Origin: a virus | Strand: one strand, 5' to 3' | Length of the DNA stretch: 64,000 nucleotides | IMG/VR virus record: IMGVR_UViG_3300030419_007131 | Location: 32,001-96,000 of that record | Shown here: piece by piece, positions 53,101 to 61,654 of the stretch | Layout of the letters: each line of letters opens with the position of its first letter | How positions within the stretch are numbered: the first letter of the stretch is position 1 | The notes under the pieces: generated by a model | Database searches by the model: none | Told to the model about the DNA's origin: nothing | Seen by the model: the letters and a program-made list of their open reading frames with translations, nothing else | Translations under genes and position numbers: made by a program

Positions 53101-56100
53101 AAGCGCTATTGAACCATTGAAGTAGCCGGAAGCACCGGCAATCTTACAATATAAACGATCTACATTGCCGTTGTTTCCAAGGGTGTCGGGATCTCCCAGC
53201 CACACGATCTCTAAACCAGAATAACGTCCGGAGTTATAGGGCCCATCGCCCACTCCGAAAATTCTCCGCAGGCCCGTCGTACCGTCGTCATCGCGATTAA
53301 TCCACATCGAAATGGTATAAGACTGTGCTTGATCGGCCGAGGACGTACTTAACGTTCCGATTGCATCTTGCCAAGCTGCAGTAGTTCCGAGGTTCACCCG
53401 TTGTGTCGTCATCGATCCCGCTGGGCCGGCCAAATAGCTTTTAAAGCCTGCTTCTCCAAGAGCCCATTTCGCATTCCTATTGGTTTTTGTCCACGAAGGT
53501 ACGGTAACGTAACTGCCGGAAGTCACTGAGCCATAGGCTGCATCAGAACCAAATGGACCACAGTGCAGACTGGCGCGTTGATTGAGGCCACGATTCTTGC
53601 CAATCTGATCGACAACACGGATAGAATTTTGTATAGAAGGATCAACAGAAGCACTTCCCTGGATTCCATAATCGATAACCTGGCGGTTACGATACGGGGA
53701 AGCATTGTATACGGAAAGTTCTTCGTGGGCCGGGTCTAGGTATCCACGAGATAGCGTTCTATAGTCGCCCGGTGCACTAAAGCGGTTAACGATAATAGAT
53801 TGGTTTGAATTAGCGCCTTGTCGATCAGGAAGCGCATAATCTAGTTGTATGCCGTCTGATGATTCGAGAGAGCCCCAGCCGGCTGCAGAGCCTGTAAGGG
53901 TCGGAGCAAAGGTGGCTGGCTGGCCCAATCGTCCATTATTATTTCCCTTCTGGTCATATATATATTCACCGGAAATCCCCGAATCACGCGCGTCATCGCC
54001 CATTCTCCACCACGAAATGCACGAAGGGGCATAAGACAACAAGAAAGCCAGATTAAATGGTTTGCCATTATTATATAAAGTCTCCACCTCAGCCGCGCTA
54101 AACTCCTTGTTCCATATGCTAACCTCGTCCATATAGCCGTTGAAGGCCTTGTTTGTACCACCATTGGCACCAAGGGCGCCTATATTTGTTTCTATCGCAA
54201 CCGGACTGTCGGTATTGGTGCTTCCGTCGTCATTAACGCCGTTAAGATAAATGTGGAGTGCGCCGGCAGCGCCGCCGGCATAAGTCACAACAACGTGATA
54301 CCATGTATCCGCAGCAATCGTTGTACTACTTTGTCTCCAAGCAGAAGGGGCGTTGGTCCATTGTAAAATATTAGAAGCGTCCGTACGTATATATAGGTAT
54401 CTATCCGAGGTGCCGAACTTCATCAAATAAGGCAGAGTATCTGTTATCGAGGTAAGATTAATCCACAGTGAAATAGTAAAGGGTTTTGCGTCTGCACCAG
54501 CGCCGCCAATGGCCGCATCCCAGGTGGCGGCCGTTCCAATATTGATATAATCTCGATATCCATCGCTGCCGCCATCAAAATACATTGACTTTGTATTAGA
54601 ATCCCCCTGATGATTGGCCAACGGAGAAAGCGTGCGAAGCGCCGCAGCCATCGGATTCAGCGCGAAACTAAAGGACTGATCGTTAAAGAACGGATCATTA
54701 ACCGTCCGGGCATTACTATTGATAACCTGATAATTCTTCTGATAGTTGCCGATCGGATTATGAAGAATGGTGCCGCTCAAGCGCGTTCCCACCGAAGCCG
54801 TTGTCATCAAGATGTTCTTGATATTAACTGGGCGCTTGGATGTCTCGTCCCGGAACCGATAAGCCATAGGCAGATCCGGCAGGTAACCATACTCAGCACT
54901 GCCCGAAGGAGTATCTGCAAAGGGGTAGTTTGCCGGGACAATGCCTAGGGCGCCCGAGTAGCCGCTTGCAGCCATGCTGCCGGCATCTGCACCCAAAGCG
55001 AGGCGGAAGCCCTCAGCGCGGTTCTCACGCGTATCTGAGCCCTGATTCAACTCCGTGTGGCGATACTTGCGACCACCAACAAATTTCTCCGTGAAGGGCC
55101 CTTGCGCAGGAACATCATGATCATTCACAAAATCATTATGTAGATTGGTTATCATTGTTCCCGACTTCCACTGCTCTACTTGAATATTGTAGCCAGTTCT
55201 AACTGAGGAACTGTAAAGACTAAAGGGTGCAAAGATGTTTCCGTTTGCTTTCTTATCCGGGTCTGCGCCCCCATCAGCACCGAAAGTATTAATGCTCGGA
55301 TCTAAGGAGAAGCCCAATCGTTGTTTGAATGTGGGATGATATACGTCAACAGTTTCAATCAAGTCCTCGACATCTGTATCAAAGGACAGCATGATATTGA
55401 TCGGAACGTTAGAAGCCGAAACTGTAGGTCCAAAGGGCTGAATTGCTGGGAACAAAGCATTTGGCCGGTTAATAGGAGGCCTGCCTACGCCGCCGAAAGT
55501 GACAGCTCCCTCTGCATCGAACCTAAAGGGGGCACCAATGCGCCGGTCATAAGATTGGCGGATTGCATTCAAAAGATCAGCGCGTACGGGATTGAGGCTA
55601 CTCGAAAGCGGAAGATCGTCTCTCTCGGCAACATAACGCCACCAGTAAACATTCTTATTCTCCTGATAATTAGCGACAGTAGTATAAGTTCCGCCGCCGA
55701 CCACTGCTGTATCTGCAGCGCTCATTGTTTCTATGGTAGCTCGGCTATTATTTAATATTTGCCAGCTTCCGGAAGCGTTATTCACTCCCTTTTGATCTTT
55801 GATTTCTGCGACTGCATCGTTGGCGGCCGAACCAAATCTCCACCAAGAAACTAAGTCCGAATAAGCCGAATGGGTTGTGAGATTCTGGGGGCCCGGATTA
55901 AAACCAGTTGCAGGAGCAAAACCAGTAGTCTTGTTATATATCTCTGCTACTTCGGAGGCACTCAGCTTCTTCCCCCACAAACTCATAGTAGCTATCTCGC
56001 CGGCCCGGAAAGTCTCATTTGCATTGCCCGCTGAAAATGCAGCATCAAGCATCGATCCTATGCGCGCACTGTTGTTAACTGTAGGCACCGTTCCTATAGG

Positions 56101-59100
56101 CTGATAGGTGACACTAATAGTTTGAGCCACCCCGTTAACATAAATGACCGGAACGTTTGCTGTGTCAGAGGCATCATATGCAACTGCAATATGGCGCCAA
56201 GAATCACCAGAAATTCCAGCGCCGGATGTAATCCATTCACCATTCCTGCCGGTAAAATTGATACTAAAATACACTTCGCCACTGGAACGCAAAGATACTC
56301 GTCGGAATCCATTTTCGCCAAACATAAACCATTCACGGTGGCCATCCGAAGGATTATATTTAACCCAGCCGGCAAAAGTAGATGCCGAAGAACTCAAGCT
56401 TGTCCACGATGAGTCGAGGGCGATATCATATCCTACAGCAACCGCGGGGGCCGGTGCATCAGGCTGTGTCAGCGCAACATACCTGGTATTATAGTAATCA
56501 TAAGTGGTGGTGTATATTGGGTGCGCCGGAGCATGCACATGCTTCCAGTTACTTATCTGAGTGGGGTTGGATGATCCAATCTGTCTCTTTGTCGGGGAAG
56601 TATTTGAGAACAAGAGGGTACCAGCAGGAAGGTCATCCGGTGATCCTCCCGCAGTGCTGTCAATCACGTTCACACCGTTAAACGACGCTGTGATATCCAG
56701 GGCGCCGACTCGCTCCAAAAACGGGAATATTCTTCGATACTTGGGGCGCTCTAAAAGATGGTTCTCAATAATCGTGCGCACATTTGCAGAAAAGTCGGCG
56801 GAGGCCGGAACCAATTGTCCCAACATAAAGGACAGCGAGGAATCAAACCACTTATAAAACTCATAAAAGCGATCAAAATCCATAGTATCGTTAGACACTT
56901 TTTCGAAAAACTTTCTCCTCATGAATTGCAGCTGCTTATAATGCGGGCGATGCTTTTCGACAGAATCACCGATTAAGTTATGTAAATCCTTAAGATTTGC
57001 AAAAGAATTGATCATCTCTTCGGAAATAACCTGATACATGCTCTTTTCAAAAGCAAAATAGAAGTCGGTTGGCCTAGTTTCCGAAGTAAAAAGTTCTTGA
57101 TCCTGGGTGCCGAGGACCTTAACCATGTCTTGAGAAACAATATTTTCTGGGAGATTAAGTTTCGATGAAACAACAAAGTCCTTGTCTATAGCCTTAACTG
57201 AAGATGCCAAGAAGTTATTTCCGAGACCAGTGTACTGTCGATTAAGAAGGGGGCCCAAAACACCAAACGTGGTTGCAGTAGCGGAACCAGATGCCAAATC
57301 GTCCACCACAAACTGCTGACTTGCGTTCGAACCTGTGTTAGTTAAGAACTCCCAGTTAAAAGCCAGAGTATCGATCTTCGCGACGTCGCCATTGGAACCG
57401 CTTGTATCAAATTGGAATGCATAAAGGTGCGGCTGCAGCGCTCCATGATTCTCGGTATCTAAGATATGGCTATTAAGGGTTTCATCATTCAAATAATCGA
57501 GCCAGAAACGGCATGCGTTTACCTTAACATCGCTAGTTTGAAGGACGTTTCCGGTGAAATCTTCACGGTGGGCGCCGATATAGACACGTCGCGAACCAGT
57601 TATGAAGCCAGCTGGGGGCGCACTAACCGTTCCCGAAACAGTGAATTCCTGCATAATATCGCCAGCTTCGGCCTGAACACCATGAAGCTCCACGACATAG
57701 TTACCGTCGAGACCGCCATAGGCAGCCCCAGCGCTGTTTGAAAGCCCCGCAATTGGATATTTCGCGGGTCGAACTCGGACCGCCAGATTCCATCGTGTGT
57801 TGTCGTATACTCCTTCATAAAGTGGAGAGGTAAGATAGGGAACAAAACCGCCGGCGGTGCCAGTGAGGACAAACCTCGCATTATTTGAAGTCCTTTCATC
57901 CCTAACTGCATATACTTGGAAGTTAACCCTATCAGGCGACGGCCATGTGGTTGCGGCTGTCTCTGTAGTCCCATGCACACCAAACAAAGAAGAAGACACA
58001 ACATTCGTGTCATAATATACAATGGACTCCGGATCCAGCTTTTTGGGCATGAGCACTTCTGTTTCAAGCGTATAGGAATACCCTCCTGTTAAAGAAGTAA
58101 CCGAGGGAAGATATCCAACGGAGTTGGCATTCGAGGAGTCGGCATAGTTATAAACATTCGCATATTGATTTTCGGCAGTATTGAAATTAACAAATCGATC
58201 CGTGACGATAACGTTTCTGCGACTATTTCGCATCTCATACTGAACGTTATCGGCATACATGTTGATCTTGACAAGCTCGTCGTCAATGCCAAAACATCGA
58301 ATAAGGTTTCTAAAAGCTTTTTCAGTACCCTTAGACTTATAGATATAACTTAAGTTGTTATATATGTTCTGATAGATGGTATTTTTAATGTCATGTAAGG
58401 ACTTGTCGAAAATCTTATTTTCGCTACGATCAGCAAGCTTTTCTAAAACGTCCGCATCAACAAATAAATCTGGTGCCACAAAGCCATACGTACCCAAGAA
58501 CCTTTCAGAAAAAGGAATGGGCTTGTTGCTGCCGCTGGGATAGCTGATGTCTTTAATCTTATTGAGGCTACCGATCTGCAAGTGCAAAGTGTCAAAGTAG
58601 CTAGACAAGATTTGTGTTAGTTTCTTGAGGTCACCGCTTCCCTCGTCGTCCTCTTCGGTTATCCAAGACGGCACCGAACTGTACATGGAGGCATTGTTGT
58701 TAACATCGTGTTCGGAGCCACTAAGTTCCAGTTCAGTATTGAGCGCAACCACCTTAGGGTGGAAAGCATAAATAATCGGATCTTCAAACTCTTTCGTAGC
58801 AGCCGAAGAAGAAATTATAGCAGAGCCAGTATTCCGGGAAGATGAGTTATATCCTGTCCACGCTCCGTTTGAAAATCGACCTGAGTAATCCAGCACCGTA
58901 CTATCGGTGGCTGACTGACCTGTAATCCCTTCGTTGAACTTAAAGTAAACGCCCAAATCAACATTGGCGGTCTCACTTGTATCTATAAAGGGTGTAGGAT
59001 CACTGTTAACACCGCCGCCCACTTGGGTAAACCAAAAGCGCCCAATATCTTGCGAAGTTCGTTGAGTCTTCCAATACCTAAATTCGTCCAAGGAGCCAGA

Positions 59101-60102
59101 TAATTTACCAGAGGCGGCGGCTGCAGTCGAACCAGATGGGCTGCCGATGAGAGCGCCGATATAAGCCTGTAAGCTAGTATTTTCAGCGTCGTTTAATCCT
59201 GCGGTACCGAGGGTCGTCTCGTTGCTGATGCGCCCATCAACATAAAAGCGCGTAGTTACGCCGGCAGCTGCAGAGAGCATGGTGACCGCATAATGGTGCC
59301 AGCTTCCATCGGCTATCGACGCCGTTGTAACAGAAGCCGGGCAGATGTTTTGACTAAAGAACCCGGTAGAACCAGAGTATGCGGTCAGGCGAAATGGCCC
59401 CACTCCATCAGTAGCTCCCGTTAACTCAAGGCGCAGGCGTGTGTAGTCGGCAGATGAAGACACCACACCATTCCACATATCAAAAATAACTTCTTTTTCT
59501 GTAGAGCCGGTAATGAACTCATCTTTTTTCAACCAAAATTCGATTGTTGAGCCACTGGAGGCTAAATCAAACTCAAGGTTAGAACCCCTATTCTTGGTTG
59601 GTTCATAGTAATTGGAGCCTGTAAAGGTTAGCGCAAGAGGAGACATGCCGTCAGGATTGACGTTTGGTCCGCCCTTGACATGAATGTATTCGTTATTGGC
59701 AGCTGCATTAGGAGCACCGTAGCCATCGGTCAAGGTCGAAGCGCCATAACCGTCTGCTGTTAATATGACATAACCTGTTGTACGCGGATAGCGCTTATCA
59801 AAAATATAGAGATCCAAGTAAGTGGACTCATTCATCCACTCCAGCTTTTCTCTAAGGGACCCATCATAGGGATAAGTATTATAAATGCGCTCTAAAGATT
59901 GCTTGTAGTAAGAAACCGCAGAACCATATCGAGCGAAATTTCCGGGCTTGGAAAAATCGACGTGAGGTATAAACCGTTCTTCCTCAATAATATCCTGTTC
60001 CTGATATCCAACAGATTCAACTTGATCTGCGATTTCGGCAGCAGTCTTATTAGAGAGAGACTGAATGTTTTCTGCAATCTCAAAATACTTCTTGATGCTC
60101 AT
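47125..60102 (-). CDS. Giant baseplate protein (4325 aa): wedge-like segment, several LamG/ConA-like domains and a basic tail
   Basis: YIYKSKGTEKAFRNLIRCFG resembles the P2 gpI / T4 gp7 wedge motif; at least five TI..W..WHH....Y.NG...G..DE...W LamG patterns. Confidence 0.8.
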   Translation of the reverse strand: MSIKKYFEIAENIQSLSNKTAAEIADQVESVGYQEQDIIEEERFIPHVDFSKPGNFARYGSAVSYYKQSLERIYNTYPYDGSLREKLEWMNESTYLDLYIFDKRYPRTTGYVILTADGYGASTLTDGYGAPNAAANNEYIHVKGGPNVNPDGMSPLALTFTGSNYYEPTKNRGSNLEFDLASSGSTIEFWLKKDEFITGSTEKEVIFDMWNGVVSSSADYTRLRLELTGATDGVGPFRLTAYSGSTGFFSQNICPASVTTASIADGSWHHYAVTMLSAAAGVTTRFYVDGRISNETTLGTAGLNDAENTSLQAYIGALIGSPSGSTAAAASGKLSGSLDEFRYWKTQRTSQDIGRFWFTQVGGGVNSDPTPFIDTSETANVDLGVYFKFNEGITGQSATDSTVLDYSGRFSNGAWTGYNSSSRNTGSAIISSSAATKEFEDPIIYAFHPKVVALNTELELSGSEHDVNNNASMYSSVPSWITEEDDEGSGDLKKLTQILSSYFDTLHLQIGSLNKIKDISYPSGSNKPIPFSERFLGTYGFVAPDLFVDADVLEKLADRSENKIFDKSLHDIKNTIYQNIYNNLSYIYKSKGTEKAFRNLIRCFGIDDELVKINMYADNVQYEMRNSRRNVIVTDRFVNFNTAENQYANVYNYADSSNANSVGYLPSVTSLTGGYSYTLETEVLMPKKLDPESIVYYDTNVVSSSLFGVHGTTETAATTWPSPDRVNFQVYAVRDERTSNNARFVLTGTAGGFVPYLTSPLYEGVYDNTRWNLAVRVRPAKYPIAGLSNSAGAAYGGLDGNYVVELHGVQAEAGDIMQEFTVSGTVSAPPAGFITGSRRVYIGAHREDFTGNVLQTSDVKVNACRFWLDYLNDETLNSHILDTENHGALQPHLYAFQFDTSGSNGDVAKIDTLAFNWEFLTNTGSNASQQFVVDDLASGSATATTFGVLGPLLNRQYTGLGNNFLASSVKAIDKDFVVSSKLNLPENIVSQDMVKVLGTQDQELFTSETRPTDFYFAFEKSMYQVISEEMINSFANLKDLHNLIGDSVEKHRPHYKQLQFMRRKFFEKVSNDTMDFDRFYEFYKWFDSSLSFMLGQLVPASADFSANVRTIIENHLLERPKYRRIFPFLERVGALDITASFNGVNVIDSTAGGSPDDLPAGTLLFSNTSPTKRQIGSSNPTQISNWKHVHAPAHPIYTTTYDYYNTRYVALTQPDAPAPAVAVGYDIALDSSWTSLSSSASTFAGWVKYNPSDGHREWFMFGENGFRRVSLRSSGEVYFSINFTGRNGEWITSGAGISGDSWRHIAVAYDASDTANVPVIYVNGVAQTISVTYQPIGTVPTVNNSARIGSMLDAAFSAGNANETFRAGEIATMSLWGKKLSASEVAEIYNKTTGFAPATGFNPGPQNLTTHSAYSDLVSWWRFGSAANDAVAEIKDQKGVNNASGSWQILNNSRATIETMSAADTAVVGGGTYTTVANYQENKNVYWWRYVAERDDLPLSSSLNPVRADLLNAIRQSYDRRIGAPFRFDAEGAVTFGGVGRPPINRPNALFPAIQPFGPTVSASNVPINIMLSFDTDVEDLIETVDVYHPTFKQRLGFSLDPSINTFGADGGADPDKKANGNIFAPFSLYSSSVRTGYNIQVEQWKSGTMITNLHNDFVNDHDVPAQGPFTEKFVGGRKYRHTELNQGSDTRENRAEGFRLALGADAGSMAASGYSGALGIVPANYPFADTPSGSAEYGYLPDLPMAYRFRDETSKRPVNIKNILMTTASVGTRLSGTILHNPIGNYQKNYQVINSNARTVNDPFFNDQSFSFALNPMAAALRTLSPLANHQGDSNTKSMYFDGGSDGYRDYINIGTAATWDAAIGGAGADAKPFTISLWINLTSITDTLPYLMKFGTSDRYLYIRTDASNILQWTNAPSAWRQSSTTIAADTWYHVVVTYAGGAAGALHIYLNGVNDDGSTNTDSPVAIETNIGALGANGGTNKAFNGYMDEVSIWNKEFSAAEVETLYNNGKPFNLAFLLSYAPSCISWWRMGDDARDSGISGEYIYDQKGNNNGRLGQPATFAPTLTGSAAGWGSLESSDGIQLDYALPDRQGANSNQSIIVNRFSAPGDYRTLSRGYLDPAHEELSVYNASPYRNRQVIDYGIQGSASVDPSIQNSIRVVDQIGKNRGLNQRASLHCGPFGSDAAYGSVTSGSYVTVPSWTKTNRNAKWALGEAGFKSYLAGPAGSMTTQRVNLGTTAAWQDAIGTLSTSSADQAQSYTISMWINRDDDGTTGLRRIFGVGDGPYNSGRYSGLEIVWLGDPDTLGNNGNVDRLYCKIAGASGYFNGSIALRSRRLKRGQWHHLTIVAQSGSSVFDEAVPVLNCYMYLNGELQMDAERVRFQDYLPYEVSNWGFHSLWNRQVRYPLNFTASGGTAPTNFVSGYAALGAATMQIANVAVWNRDLTAREVSDLYDGYHGDGDAIFKKDTFINGLGALYTFDAAAGDTKASGLNRAPTPFASTNYTGVGSVEIIPSWGGALQPPYTTATTAPTQWPPVSEFKIYDNLFVQHAIPQSKQQYKWIADSLVVKTPSTLATVAQVVSSSAGRIYGYDSPACASASTLAQVITGSDHMFYHWEQPNNFVGSLGTSLIDPISVNAHIIGSGSYKSPSEEGPIAGAYSGDFNGVDSKVDIGPASIWKPIVGGAGANANMFTIAGWVKPRAAGGGGYGRVIDFDGARRIFWNGSGLTFELQTATGRHQIVTPTNYFGRSGSTGEWHHFVMTYGGGSNTATPGFPAMRPNYFYVWMDGGDPLAYTGARYRGFNGFVSGSLVNDDVIELPTSTDRCTIGNSGDGTRGWDGNIADILILSRSVAIGTDCYGLSWNWCSLYGVGAPLDPSRIDWNTGSAMVAWWRFDPFAGGKPAAYVKPASKTLPDYNNINYEATKQLGDHLSIATDGTPTTTIYNRSAFALSGSTGIATNVNLSRESVWTAGSTLNITLNNRNGPYGWPTWKQIRGGETKVARLLRKNNLIGTTVYPRAIPNRVGEKVTGYTHPSRPNEFRDFIEAPIAQEASPFYFYFEDNTEDADPINNIMMKAPSFSNQFDYFSHTALDNRLGLKIDLTQPKVYDSIVEFALNSDLSLMMDYSQRIYPAAENAFRATVRGRTAYNVDNIWNSNRQFRSLRYGGASTAITGTLGQPANMIASQSTWPLDAHLNYSVTQSATSSDGSGLLMNLYGTWTQKNGLPRVYGTSWNEREHPSPHAAPTYALRVPAGNTQGDGSAAEGAANRIVSASEVAFGGDTVWMAPSQAGKDPYKNYTLISDRIRAVGKDYSILPEFRISSHMKYLLEDQGGDFLSPVDNIFELSGAAVSSSLEEGFYRTYTNSDFLKYFKVVDDDLNEKRSGDLMIVRDKVSLKCDALLKFVPYRGFYPAERTVELARIFSQSYGPQLCYMTGTFTDPADITHTARVAPGLPLRPIMEPLMSPGILFNTIKSGLATSDFILMGTQIGNAIPDLVPEFACAGDQRAVDKDGNYYGTHRGNPGNWFEAYGQDANVLWQSSGSGPQTEDLSSFGMSLGAAMMTQLPFEALYNPTQYFSNEWLKTRITKWGARDASVDVTALSNYPNGRLNVLLDRHPSSSYSWGPASLRKERTPPGVSSTGAFAFGLLFTGSVASSSAPERNIFSAPACALHGPLYEHAIDNFLCETTNMFVSELTNFQSAREENFRKVVDGTTYTMVMRLYRSDVNPLCARSSSAEVKFDMYSRRSAFGPPVGASVRAASVNSLPHKQGGPWSLSFSHVTPPYYDGSATVKFVYSASSSGYPTLNDIISNTTTEFFREEYTPNLNAANASIGAGDPNADIRMQIDNSFNLLERLQQVPDQTVTQKDRWLIQSKFETPILNFAGVSTGSVPAESYVQTDATASATQMITRGMWHQYGNRCTGGDGVWVTLEDGSGESLADVVGFKVGTPQRVGKPKKEYKLEEAIVAIPFKSIKNRREFIKFPEQEVRTVSKDGKLLESFTQPDPRSQTYKNLVAAMDKYVFPPRFNFVDFDTVDAILMYVFEFSTKLTEKDITDIWQNLPPDLDDRFEHAETEVEEKELVDLILDKGDDIQWLVFKVKRKAKKDFEVYRRSLVTDNVSALTPRITTPYSYNWPYDYFSLVELAKIEEEVQYVSADMKIGLDLSEGEQLTIRRPDPVGRVAPNQPPGTADADCGTDDKGTGKSRTGGKSGGKYQDKGPSKSGGKSGSRYQNKRSSKSGSKTGAKTQNREQKQKQDKVDRTTESWKSRKNQKQDKSQSKKSNKKQSRGQLQKSNKKSQQSKRRSGTYTQNKSRNKSGGSYSSNKKSRK

Positions 60103-60109
60103 ATTCTAA

Positions 60110-61654
60110 TTATTCTTCAACCCTAAATTTAAACGTCTGAGGTTGTTCCTCCCACGACCCTATACTGTCATTATAATAAGCGAGCTTTATTTCATACATA
60201 TAATCCGGCGCTAACATTGAAATATCAAGATCAAAATAGTTGCCCGCGTCGTCATATGAAAGATATGTACTAAGATCAGATCCTGTCCCAAATGGAATAG
60301 CTACATAGTTGTCCGTTACGCGTGTAACAGAAAAGGAGGCGCTTTCCATAATGTCAGTTGGATTATTGGCGGTCGATACAGTATAAACGGTAGGACTCCA
60401 ATCCTTGTCTCTAATGAAAAACCTAAACCTAGATGTATCTGTTTGAGAATATTTTTTCTTCAAGTTAGTGCAAGAGGTGATTTTGTTAAAAGTGGGCGCC
60501 GAAGCATACGTGGGAAAAAGCTCCGGGTAGAAAGAGCCTGTGCGGAACTCTACGCCGCCGGAGTGCCAAACGTCATGCATGGCCAGCACACGCGTCGAGG
60601 CGGCCGTCAGGGCCACCTCACACTTATATATGCCCGGGCTTACATAGCTAGCCGTCGCATTAAGGTCGCCCGACGCTGCAACGCCACCGCCGACAGGGAG
60701 AACGAGTTTAGAAGCAGTGGGCGCACTGTTTGAGCTAGAATAAAAAGAAACCAGTAAGTTATTGGTGCCGACTGCTGGAATGTTCACGAGGCGCCCTCGA
60801 ACATAATTGTACAAATATAAGGTATTAAGATTGTCCGCAGCGGGGGCGGCGGAGCTTGAATAATAAATGTTCTCCCTGTTATCCATTATGCGGGAGTCCC
60901 ACCGAGCTTCAATCAGCGGCCGCTTAAAAAAGAACTCAGTAGAACGAGCAAAAAACTTCTTAGTATAATAGGATTCTTGGGCCCCCTGGATGTTGTTAAT
61001 AAGAACTGACGTGTCTTGACCTGTAGAGCTTGAGAAATATGCCTCTTGGCTGGCAGTAAGTCGTACGCCAAACCCATAGTTGTTAATGACCCCAATCGCA
61101 GGAGTGACTCCCTCAAACTTTAGCCACTCTTCGATTATGTGACTCACATCAAGCTCTATATCCTCATAGCCTTGCGGAAACGAAACATTATAGTTAGATG
61201 CTGTTAGATAATCTCCACCAATGGAGGTCCAAAATGTAGAATTATCCGACTTACTCCAGTTGGCTGAACCAAAGTCTTGATAGTTGTCCATATCTAAGCC
61301 GGTGCCTTCGGCCCAAGACCGTGAGACCGGGGCGATTACAAGATTAAATCCTTGTGGTAACGTCCAGGGATGGCGGGCGTTAAACATCCTTAAGTAAAAT
61401 GAAACGCTTCCTGATGCAGGAATACTACCAGCCGTCCTCTGGGCTGCTATGGTTGAAACAGGAAACTGAATTAGGACCCGGGACAACTCTTGGGATTGTC
61501 CAGTTGTTGAGCCGGAACTCTGCCCATAAATAGAAAAGATTTCTAATGAATCGGCATAGCCCATATTAGAGCCGGTGCCCCTCAGGCGCAAGTTGTCTTC
61601 AAACGCATTCGTTATTGTTGTATCTGCGCTAGCTGTATATCTTACAATGGCCAT
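60110..61654 (-). CDS. Baseplate-associated structural protein with a DNRLRE-like N-terminal domain
   Basis: ADTTI..., SRVLIQF, FYLRMF, PVSRSWAEGTG pattern. Confidence 0.55.
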   Translation of the reverse strand: MAIVRYTASADTTITNAFEDNLRLRGTGSNMGYADSLEIFSIYGQSSGSTTGQSQELSRVLIQFPVSTIAAQRTAGSIPASGSVSFYLRMFNARHPWTLPQGFNLVIAPVSRSWAEGTGLDMDNYQDFGSANWSKSDNSTFWTSIGGDYLTASNYNVSFPQGYEDIELDVSHIIEEWLKFEGVTPAIGVINNYGFGVRLTASQEAYFSSSTGQDTSVLINNIQGAQESYYTKKFFARSTEFFFKRPLIEARWDSRIMDNRENIYYSSSAAPAADNLNTLYLYNYVRGRLVNIPAVGTNNLLVSFYSSSNSAPTASKLVLPVGGGVAASGDLNATASYVSPGIYKCEVALTAASTRVLAMHDVWHSGGVEFRTGSFYPELFPTYASAPTFNKITSCTNLKKKYSQTDTSRFRFFIRDKDWSPTVYTVSTANNPTDIMESASFSVTRVTDNYVAIPFGTGSDLSTYLSYDDAGNYFDLDISMLAPDYMYEIKLAYYNDSIGSWEEQPQTFKFRVEE

